DNA from: Octopus vulgaris
Taxonomy: Eukaryota
Assembly (NCBI GenBank): GCA_951406725.2
Contig: OX597843.1
Coordinates: 5,518,001-5,582,000, forward strand
Reading direction: 5' to 3'
Length of the DNA stretch: 64,000 bases
Position numbers and translations under genes: made by a program. The notes under the pieces were generated by a model. The model was given only the letters and a program-made list of their open reading frames with translations. It was not told the DNA's origin and did not search any database. Shown here in pieces: positions 27,629 to 39,705 of the stretch. The stretch's first letter is position 1. Every line of letters begins with the position of its first letter.

Positions 27629-29933
27629 GGGGTAGGTGGCTGAGTGGATATGTGGCTAGATGGATAGAAATCAAAACGACATGCTGGAATAGTGAGACAG
27701 AAAGAGAAGAGTGGGTGGGTAGATGAATAGAAACCACAATGGTATGTTGGAGTAGACAGCTGGGGAGAGAGATAAGTGGGTGGGAGAATAGAAATCAGGA
27801 TATGTTGCAATTAGAGAGAGAGAGGGAGAGATGAGTGGGTGGGTGGATAGAAATCATGATATGTTGGAGTAGGGAGAGATAGAGGATCAGAGAGGGAGGG
27901 AAAAGTAGGGGCTAAGAGAGAGTTAGAAATATGGGTAGATTAGTGGATGGATTTATGGGTATCTACCCGTAAATCCATCCACCAATCTACTCTATAAGAG
28001 TACATGGATAAGATCTATAATGAAATGCTGGAATTGAGAAAAAGAGAGAGAGAGGGAGAGAGAGATGAGTGGGTGGGTTGGTGGATAGAAACTACAATCA
28101 TATATCAGAATAGGGAGAGAGAGATGAATGGGTGAGTGAGTCAATAAATACTGTAATGACATGTTGAAAGAGAAATAGAAAGTCGGAGAGAAGAGTGGGC
28201 GGGTAGCTGGATGGATAGAAACTACAATGATATGTCAGAATAGGGAGAGATGAACGGGCCGGTGGGTCAATAAACAATGTAATGACATTGGAAGAGAAAT
28301 AAGAGTTGGAGAAGGAGAAAGATACAAAGAGAGAGAGAGAGAGAGTCAGAGAAGTGGCCCAGATGGTAACTTACGTCAAGAATTATATTTCGAAACATCT
28401 TGGATTGCAGGCTTTCGGCAATTTCCTGCAAGATAAGAAAGAGATGGGATGAAAAAACCCAAATAATAATAATAATAATGATTTCAAATTTTGGCACAAG
28501 GCCAGCATGTTTGGGGGTAAGGGCTATGTTGATAACACCAACCCCAGTGCTCAACTGGTACTTAATTTATCAACCCCGAAAGGATTAACCCTTTAGTGTT
28601 CAGATTATTCTATCACACATAATACCTATTGATTCCCCTTGATTTGAATTAATCATGCATTATCTCATATCTTCAAGATCTTGATGGTGTAATTACTTAA
28701 TGTAGAATAACATTGTAGGGTAGGTGTGAGGGCCTGGATCTGGTCAGTTTGAACATAAAACAGACTAGCTATTTTAGCCGGATATGGCCAGTTGAAATAC
28801 TAAAGGGTTAAAGACAAAGTCGACCTCAGTTGAATTTGAACTCAGAACACAGCAATAGGTGAAATACAGTTAAGCATTTCATCCAGCGTGCTAATGATTC
28901 TGCCAGCTTGCCGTCTTATTTATAATGATAATAATAATCCCTTCTACTATAGGCACAAGACCTGGAATTTTGGGCGAGGGGACCAGTCGATTACATCGAC
29001 CCGAGGAGGGAGTGAGTTGGTTACATTGACCCCCAATGTGAAACTGGTACTTATTGGTTGCTAATTTTTACAGGAAAGAAAAAGGTCAATAAATACTTGA
29101 CATTACATTTTTAATCGACCAAATATGAACCATTTTGTTGCACAATGCGTCTCCATCTTTCCTTTAACTTGAAAATACCCTCTTCCCAGAATTGAGGTGG
29201 TTTCATGGCAAAGAATTCATCAAGGTACCTAGTCAATTACATCGATCCCAGGGTTTCATTGGTCCTTAATTTATCGACCCCAAAAGGATGAAAGGCAAAG
29301 TCAACCTCAGCAGAATCAGAACTTAAAGACTAATGAAATACCGCTAAACATTTCACCCAGATTCCCAATGATTCTGCTTGCTCATCACCTTAATAATGAT
29401 AATAATAACAACAACAACAATACTGGTTTCGAATTTTGGCACAAGGCCAGCAATTTAGGGGGTTGGGGGGGTTTAGTTAAAAACATCAACCTCAGTACCT
29501 GACTGGACCCTTAATTCTTAACCTCAAAAGAATGAAAAGTAGACAACGTTACTTTTAAGGTACAGCATCAATTGAAATGCCCCCAATACTTTAGTAAACC
29601 CCACACCAAGGACCCCCCTATGAAAGCCCAACCAAAAAATAAGAGGAAGGTTAGGGAAGTGATGATGGACTCTTACTCACCTTGTGTTTTTGCCGATCGG
29701 CCTTCATCAACAGGGCATTGATAACAGCGATGAAGTTTTTGTGTAGTTCACTGGACTTACGGCATCTAGAGGGACACACAGACAGACATAAATGAAACAG
29801 ACACACACACACATATATGTATGTACAGGTGCGGGTATAGCAGAAGACACTTGCCCAAGGTGCCACGCAGTGGGACTGAACCCGGAACCATGTGGTTGGT
29901 TAGCAAGCTACTTACCACACAGCCACTCCTGCA

Positions 29934-29983
<50 letters not shown>

Positions 29984-30111
29984 TATATACAACGGGCTTC
30001 CTTCAGTTTCCATCTACCAAATCCACTCACAAGGCTTTGGTCGGCCCGAGACTGAACCCGGAACCATGTGGCTGGTAAGCAAGTTACTTACCACACAGTC
30101 ACTCCTACGCC

Positions 30112-30177
<66 letters not shown>

Positions 30178-30801
30178 CACATATATATAGACGACGGGCT
30201 TCTTTCAGTTTCCATCTACCAAATCCACTCACATGGCTTTGGTCGGCCCGAGACTATAGCAGAAGACACTTGCCCAAGGTGCCACGCAGTGGGACTGAAC
30301 CTGGAACCATATGGTTGGTAAGCAAGCTACTTACCACGCAGCCACTCCTATGTATATATATATATACATATATATATATACACATATATATAGACGACGG
30401 GCTTCTTTCAGTTTCCATCTACCAAATCCACTCACATGGCTTTGGTCGGCCCGAGACTATAGCAGAAGACACTTGCCCAAGGTGCCACGCAGTGGGACTG
30501 AACCTGGAACCATATGGTTGGTAAGCAAGCTACTTACCACGCAGCCACTCCTATGCCTATTTATATATACATACACACACATATATATAGACGACAGGCT
30601 TCTTTCAGTTTCCATCTACCAAATCCACTCACAAGGCTTTGGTCGGCCCGAGGCTATAGTAGAAGACACTTGCCCAAGGTGCCACGCAGTGGGACTGAAC
30701 CCGGAACCATGTGGTTGGTAAGCAAGCTACTTACCACACAGCCACTCCTACGCCTACATATATATATACACATATATATATAGATAATAATGATAATGAT
30801 A

Positions 30802-30851
<50 letters not shown>

Positions 30852-31318
30852 GATGATGATGATAATAATGATAATAATGATAATAATAATAATAATAATG
30901 ATAATGATGATGATGATGATAATAATAATAATGATAATGTTAATAATGATAATAATAATAATGATGATAATGATAATAATGATAATGATAATAATAATAA
31001 TGATAATAATATATATATATAATGATAATAATAATGATAATAATAATGATAATAATAATAATGATAATAATAATAATGATAATAATAATGATAATAATAA
31101 TAATGATAATAATAATGATAATAATAATAATGATGATAATGATAATAATGATAATGATAATAATAATAATGATAATAATAATGATAATAATAATAATGAT
31201 AATAATAATGATAATAATAATAATGATAATAATAATAATGATAATAATAATAATGATAATAATAATGATAATAATAATAATGATAATAATAATGATAATA
31301 ATAATAATGATAATAATG

Positions 31319-31349
<31 letters not shown>

Positions 31350-31369
31350 TGATAATAATAATAATAATG

Positions 31370-31403
<34 letters not shown>

Positions 31404-31405
31404 TG

Positions 31406-31453
<48 letters not shown>

Positions 31454-31831
31454 GCCCTTTGATGCAGTACCAGGCAGTGGCTCTCGTGGCTTCTGATCTT
31501 AACTGATTGGAAGTGTTATCATGCAATGTTTTGTCTTGGTATAAAAGATGGGCTACAGCAAATATTCTGCTCAATACTTACACAGATTTGCTTGTCAGTT
31601 GTTTGACCTTAACCAGTTGAGCATGTCCCTTGGTGGCTGACGATATGTGCATCTCTGATCACGAGCAGAAGTAGTGGGGGAATCGTAGCTGTCTGCAGAC
31701 ATGTGTTATTGCGACATTGTTGTCGGAATAGCAGGACTTCTAAGGCTTTCTGCAGACAAGGGTGCTGGGTGCCACCTGCAATAACAACAACAATGATGAT
31801 AATAATGATAATAATAATAATAATAATGATG

Positions 31832-31874
<43 letters not shown>

Positions 31875-31876
31875 TG

Positions 31877-31919
<43 letters not shown>

Positions 31920-31930
31920 TGATAATAATA

Positions 31931-31980
<50 letters not shown>

Positions 31981-32008
31981 AATAATAATAATAATAATAA
32001 TAATGATG

Positions 32009-32051
<43 letters not shown>

Positions 32052-34802
32052 TGATAATAGTAATAATAACCACAATAACCACAACCACAATTGGACTGGC
32101 CAAATATCTTGAAATAACGAATGACCGGATGCTAAAGCTCGTGGAAAATCACGAGAGACGAAAGAAGCTTCATTCTATCATAAAGGAAAGCAAAAAATTT
32201 GCTATTGATCTCGTGCAGGATACCCAAACTGAACAACCCGAGGGAAATACGGCAACTATTGTTGCAAAGAAGGTGAAAATAATGGCAACGAAAAAAGCGC
32301 ACGGGCAATTGGCTGATAGGTGGGAGGAGAAACCTCTGCACGGCAAATATGTGGCCCGCAGCAAACAAGCTGATGTTGACCAGAAGCAAACCCATCAGTG
32401 GCTACAGAGCTCAGGGCTAAAAGCAGAGAGTGAAGGTTTCATCCTGGCTGCTCAAGATCAAAGCCTATTAACCCGGAACTACCAGGCCAATGTGATGAAA
32501 AATGGAGCAGACCCAAAATGCCGATTCTGCAACGACATGATTGAAATAGTGGACCACCTAATCTCTGGATGTGAAGTCTTAGCACCAGTGGAGTATAAAT
32601 TAAGACATGACAGAGTTGGCCAATATCTACACTGGCTAATAAGTCGGAATTACAATATCAAAACTGCCGACAAGTGGTATAATCACCACCCTGAAGCTGT
32701 AACTGAAGGAGAAAATGTAACGATTCTGTGGGACTTTCCAGTACATACAGACCGAACCATCAAAGCCAATAAACCAGATATTGTTGTGAAAGACCAAAAC
32801 AATAAAGTTTGCTTATTGATCGACATGAGCATCCCCTGTGATCATAATATCTCGGCGAAAGAGTTTGACAAGCTCAGAAAATATAAAGACCTGCTCATTG
32901 AAATTGAGAAAATGTGGCATCTCAAGGCGGTTACAATACCAGTGATCGTAGGAGCACTAGGAATGATCAAGAAGGGAACCGAAAATTATATGAGAATGAT
33001 CCCTGGCTTACCATCCCTGCAAGAAGTGCAAAAGATTGTCTTAACTGGTACATCACACGTATTGAGAAGAGCATTGTCGATGTGAGAACTATTACTACCC
33101 ATGTATTTTAATTTAACTTTATTTCTATCAAAAAAGAAAAAAATGAACGAACTAGTGAGTTTAGTTTAATGGCCTACCAATGTATACTATGAGTTTCTTT
33201 GCCCTAGAGTCGGGAAGACACTTGGCAAGAAATGGAAGCAAATTTGAAAGAAGAAGAAAAAAAGATAACAATAATAATAATAATAATAATAATGGTTTCA
33301 AAATTTGCCACAAGGCTTGAAATTAAGGGGAGGGTGTTTGTTGGTTACATTAACCCCCAGTACATGACTGGTACTTGATTGAGCCTGAAAGAATAAAAGA
33401 CAAATTTGGTCTCAATATTGTTAGGACAATGATGATGATGATGATGGTGATGATAAATATGGGTTATAATGATGCTTATGATGATGATGGTGATGGTGGT
33501 GATAATGATGACGATGATGATGGCGGTGGTGATGGTGGTGTTGGTGATGCAGGCTTACCTTTTCTATGAAAACCTCATCCACAATGTCCCAACTGACGAT
33601 ACTGTGGTCCATTAGAGACACGAAAGATTTCAGGCAGAATGCCAGAGGAGTCCCTACACTGCAAGTGGTTGTGGTGGTGGTGGTGATGGTCATGGTGGGA
33701 GACACGACAGAGAAAGAAAGAAAAAGAGAGAGACCTGTGTGAGTTATATAACAATAAGGATATAAAAATATGAAAACAATTGGCTACAAACAATATGCAT
33801 CTATCTATCTATCTATGCACCTGTCCGTCCGTCCGTCCGTCCGTCCATCCATCCATCCCTCTGTCTGTCTGTTTATCCATCCATTTATCTATCAGTCTGT
33901 CCATCTGTCTATCTGTCCACCCACCACCCATCCATTCATCCACCCATCTATGACTGTCTGTCTGTCTATAGCCAGCCCACTTATGCGTTCCTTTCCTTCT
34001 TGGGACACAAAACTCCACTTGTGAAGACCTGTTGAGGCAAGTGAAAATCAAAATCAAAATCGTAATCTATCAACATCAATGGAATTTGTAGCTGTGATAT
34101 CAGTGCTGGTGGCACGTAAGAGAACCATCCGAATGTGGTCGTAGCCAGCGCCGCCCTGACTGGCTTCCGTGCCGGTGGCATGTAAAAAGCACCATCCGAC
34201 TGTGGCCGTTGCCAGCTTCGTTTGGTCTCCGTGCCAGTAGCACATAAAGCACCATCCGTCGTGGCCGCCATAAAAAAAGCACCATCCGATCGTGGCACGT
34301 TTGCCAGCCTCATCTGGCACGTAAAAAAAAGCACCCACTACACTCCGGAGTGGTTGGCGTTAGGAAGGGCATCCAGCTATAGAAACTCTGCTAGATCCGA
34401 CTGGGCCTGGTGCAGCCTTATGGCTTCCCAGATCCCAGTTGAACCATCCAACCCATGCTAGCATGGAAAACGGACGTTAAACGATGATGATGTGTCCGTC
34501 CAGCCGGAAACAGGTGTGCTGCTGGAGAGGAGACACATGGTTACCAAGGCAGCGAGCTGGCAGAAACGTTAGCACGCCGGGCAAAATGCTTCGCGGTATT
34601 TCGTCTGCCGCTATGTTGTGAGTTCAAATTCCGCCGAGGTCGACTTTGTCTTTCATCCTTTCGGGGTCGATAAATTAAGTACCAGTTACACAATGGGGTC
34701 GATGTAATCGACTTTATACCTATGTCTGTCCTTGTTTGTCCGCTCTGTGTTTAGCCCCTTGTGGGTAGTAATGAAATAGGTTACCCAGCCAAGTGGGATG
34801 GG

Positions 34803-34844
<42 letters not shown>

Positions 34845-37424
34845 ATAAGGGTCCTTACTACTGCTCCCTGTTATTGACGATGGAGGTTAACAAGTACAAT
34901 CCTTGCTTGCTGATGAATTCCTGCGCAAAGGAGCTGTCCGTAGATAAAGTCGACAGCAGCTTGAGGGCTTCCAGCTTCTTCGTCCATTCTGGGTCCTTTA
35001 GTTTGTCGTAAACTTCTTGAGAAGTTCTTACCTGGTGGAGGTAGAAAAAGAAAACGTTATTAAGAATAGCATCAGCAATGTATGAGTGTGTATGTGTGTT
35101 TTTGTGTGCGTGCATGTGTATATGCGTGTATACTGTAAATCCTCGAGTATAATCCGCATGTACCCCCAAAATTTAAAGGTCAAAATCCCTAGTGCGTACT
35201 ATACACAAGGTTAAAAATGAAAATTATTTTCTAAGCAATGTTTGAGTCTCTATTTGTTTATTCAGACGCATTTTGTGATGTCGGGCGCGAAAATCCCTTA
35301 AGCTAAGCCTGAAAGCAATGACGTCATAAAAGAATCATCCATAACTTGCAGTAAGCAACATTTATTAAAATAAAAGTATTCAGAACACAGAATAACATGT
35401 CACAAAAACAATTTGCAAACATATTTACATTCCCATATAACAGTTAAGAACATCACCATTATTGTATTACGCATGTGCGGAAGTGTTTGCTGCTGGCTTA
35501 ATTACGCACGACTCAAGTTAGAGAAAGGGTGCGTATTATACATAAGGTTTAGGTTTTACAGCGCTACAGCCCCCTAAAAATCCGCTGTGTATTATACTCA
35601 AGGGCGGACTATACTCGAGGATTTACCGTATGTGAGTGTGTGCACGTGTGTGAGTGTTTACATGTGTATGTGAACGTGTGGGTGTATATGTGTATATGCA
35701 TGTGTGCGTGTATGTATATGAATGTGTATGTGAATGTATGCATGTGAACATGTGCGTGCGTGTGTTTTCCTCTGACTAAAAGCAGTGAATGCCATACTTA
35801 CTGGAGAGCTGGTTAGTTTCAAGACAGTTCCTGTCTGGATTTCTCCCCGATTCTATAAAAGAAAAGGTTGAGAGATTAGAGGTTAGCCACCTGGGTAGGT
35901 CTAGAAGCTGTATATATAGTGTACAGGGTGTATATGCATGTATGTGTATGTGTATATGTGTATGTATCTATATCTATATCTATCTATCTATATCTTCTTC
36001 TAACCGCTCAGTCGAAGTCGACTCTCGGTCACTTGTTGGATCAGTGTCCTCCAGTCAGTTCTATCCTGGGCTGCTTCTTTCAGACTAGCCACGTCCATTC
36101 CGGTATCACTCTTGATGGTGTCAAGCCAGCAGGTTCCTGGTCGGCCTCTTTCTCTCTTGCTGCTGACCATTCCGAGCATGATGTCCTTCTCCAGGGATTT
36201 TCTCCGCATAATATGACCGAAATATGCCAATCTATGCTCGGTGATCCTAGCTTCTAGCAACATTTTCGGCCTTATAATAAGGGTAGAAATTGATATTAAT
36301 CAATTAATCAATTAAAACCAGTGGCTTAGCATATTTAAAATATCCGAAGATTAAAAATTGTGTTATATATAAAATTATGAGGAATGACCATAATAAGTGG
36401 ATTAGTATCGAAAGACTTCAGACAAACATGATGGAAAGATCTGGAAGCTAAACCTTATGACTTGGATGCAAGAAGTTTGTACCAGAGACCCAGGAGAAGA
36501 GTCAGGCAGATTGGCATCAAAAGGGTTAAAGGTAATATTGTATGTGTCCAGTTACATCATCATCATCATCATTTAGCGTCCGTTCTCCATACTAGCATGG
36601 GTTGGACGGTTTAACTGGGGTCTGTGAAGCCAGAAGGCTGCATCAGGCCCAGTCTGATCTGGCAGTGTTTCTACGGCTGGATGCCCTTCCTAACGCCAAC
36701 CACTCCGCGAGTGTAGTGGGTGCTTTTTACGTGCCACCCGCACAGGTGCCAGACGGAGCTGGCAAACGGCCACGAACGGATGGTGCTTTTACGTGCCACC
36801 GGCACAGGGGCCAGGCAAAGCTGGCAATGGACATGAACGGATGGTGCTTTTACGTGCCACCGGCATGGAGGCCAGGCGAAGCTGGCAATGGACATGAACG
36901 GATGGTGCTTTTACGTGCCACTGGCACAGGGGCCAGGCGAAGCTGGCAATGGACATGAACGGATGGTGCTTTTACGTGCCACCAGCACGGGGGCCAGTCG
37001 GGGCGGCGCTATGCCAAAGAATTGAGTTTAACCATTTCCTTACCTTTTCTGTGATGTAGTTCTGGCGGTTGGAGTCTGTGAACTGCAAGGCGTAGTTCTC
37101 CGTATCGGTTAACTGCCAACTGAGAGGAGGAGAAGGAAGAAAAGAGACCGAAAGAGTTACAAAGAAGGTGGGAGGGAGTAAGGGATCATTTGTTGTTAGT
37201 AAACATGGCTGTGTGGTTAAGAAGCTTGCTTGCCAACTACGTGGTTCTGGGTTCAGTCCCACTGTATGGCACCTTGAGTAAATTTCTTCAGCTATAGCCC
37301 TGGGCTCACCAAAGCCTTGTGAACACATTTGATAGACTGAAACTGAAAGCAGCCGGTAATATGTCTATGGAGAGCAAATGTAAACTGCAATACAGGGCTT
37401 CCAAACGGACAGACAGAATTTCAC

Positions 37425-37464
<40 letters not shown>

Positions 37465-39674
37465 GAGTGAGAGAGCAGTGCATATGAAGTCCATCATGAC
37501 TACCCGTCTGATAAGGGTACACCAGGCACATGCATCACAACCATATGTGCGCGACATGGTGATCTCATATCAAGATAATCATCATCATCATCATCGTTTA
37601 ACGTCCGTTCTCCATGCTAGCATGGGTTGGACGGTTCGACCGGGGATCTGGGAAGCCAGAAGGCTGCACCAGGCTCCGGTCTTATCTGGCAATGTTTCTA
37701 CAGCTGGATGCCCTTCCAAACACCAACCACTCCATGAGTGTAGTGGGTGCTTTTTACGTGCCACCTGCACTGGTGCCAGGCGAGGCTGGCATCGGCCATG
37801 GTCGGATTGGTGCATTTTACGTGCCAAGTAAGGTGGAGAGGAGGTTCTGCTAGGTTCCTCACAGGCAAGGAACACAGGTACAAGATTTTCTGGGCAGGGA
37901 ACACTGACAGAATATCGCCAAAGGTCTCAGACACTTGCCAATGCCTCCATGAGGTCCAACGCTCAAAGGTCATGCTTCACTACTTTCACTACCAGAATGA
38001 AAGGCAAAGTCAACCTCGGTGGAATTTGAACTCAGAATGTAAAGACAGATGAAATACTGCTAAGCAGTTCGCCTGGCGTGCTATCGTTTCTGCCAGCTTG
38101 CTGCCTTATAGATGTATAATATCAACTCACCCTTTGCAAATGTCATTCATAATAGCCACCAGGGGGCGTGTCTGCAAAAGAAAAATGCAAAAAACAAAAA
38201 TTAAATAAAAATTATACAAATTCATTAATTTCTTTCTTCTTTTCCTTGTTTCAATCATAAAACTGTGGCCATGCTGGGGCACTCCCTGGAAGGGTTTTAG
38301 TTGATCAGTTTGGTCCCGGTACTTATTCTATGGGCTGCCTTTTAGCAAAACTAAGTTACAAGGATGTAAACAAACCAACACCATTTGCCAAGAGGTGAGA
38401 GGCAAACACACTCATACACACACTTGTAGACATATATATATGTATACATACACACATATATGTACATATGTATAATATATATGTGTATAAATAATATATA
38501 TATATGTAATAAATATGTATAATATAGGCGTAGGACTGGCTGTGTGGTAAGTAGCTTGCTTACCAACCACATGGTTCCAGGTTCAGTCCCACTGCGTGGC
38601 ACCTTGGGCAAGTGTCTTCTACTATAGCCTCGGGCCGACTAAAGCCTTGTGAGTGGATTTGGTAGACGGAAACTGAAAGAAGCCTGTCGTATATATGTAT
38701 GTGTATGTATGTGTGTGTGTGTGTGTCTGTATTCGGCAAAAGAGACTGATATAATAAGTACTAGGCTTCCCGAGAATAAGTCCTGGGGTCGATTTGCTTG
38801 ACTAAAGGCGGTGCTCCAACATGACCACAGTCAAATGACTGAAACAAATAAAGAGAGTATGGCACCTTGGGCAAGTGTCATCTACTATAGTCTTGGAAGT
38901 ATACATTCATATACACACAAACACACACATATAAATATATGTAGATACATAGATATCTACATATACACACACATATATACACATAGATACAGATATACAC
39001 ATGGATATAAATATATATCTACATATATATATATATATATATATATATCATCATCATCATCATCATCATCATTTAGCGTCCGTTTTCCATGCTAGCATGG
39101 GTTGGACGGTTCTGCTGGGGTCTGTGAAGCCAGAAGGCTTCATCAGGCCCAGTCAAATCTGGCAGTGTTTCTACGGCTGGATGCCCTTCCTAACGCCAAC
39201 CACTCCGTGAGTGTAGTGGGTGCTTTTTACGTGCCACCCGCACTGGTGCCAGCCAGAGCTGGCAAACGGCCACGAACGGATGGTGTTTTTTATGTGCCAC
39301 CGGCACGAGGGCCAGGCGAGGCTGGCAACGAACACGAAACGGGCGGTGCTGGCAACGGTCGCGAAACGGAAGGTTCTCTTACATGCCACCGGCACTGGTA
39401 ACACATCTGCAATTTCCATTGATCGATTTCCATTGATCGATTTCGATTCTGATCCTCACTTGCCTCAATGGGTCTTCACAAGCAGAGTTTCGACATGCCA
39501 CCGGCACTGGTAGCACATCCGCAATTTCCATTGATCGATTTCGATTCTGATCCTCACTTGCCTCAACACGTCTTCACAAGTAGAGTTTTGTGTCCCAAGA
39601 AGGGAAGGTATGCATACGTAGGCTGGCTCCATCCCATGTAGAAGGCCACGGGTTGTGGACTCACATATATATAC

Positions 39675-39705
<31 letters not shown>

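Noticed and set aside
30654-32112. Poly-Ile/Asn/Leu ORFs and the N-terminal part of ORF 31703-33085
   Set aside because: (AAT)n translation; only the part from ~32092 is retrotransposon coding sequence.
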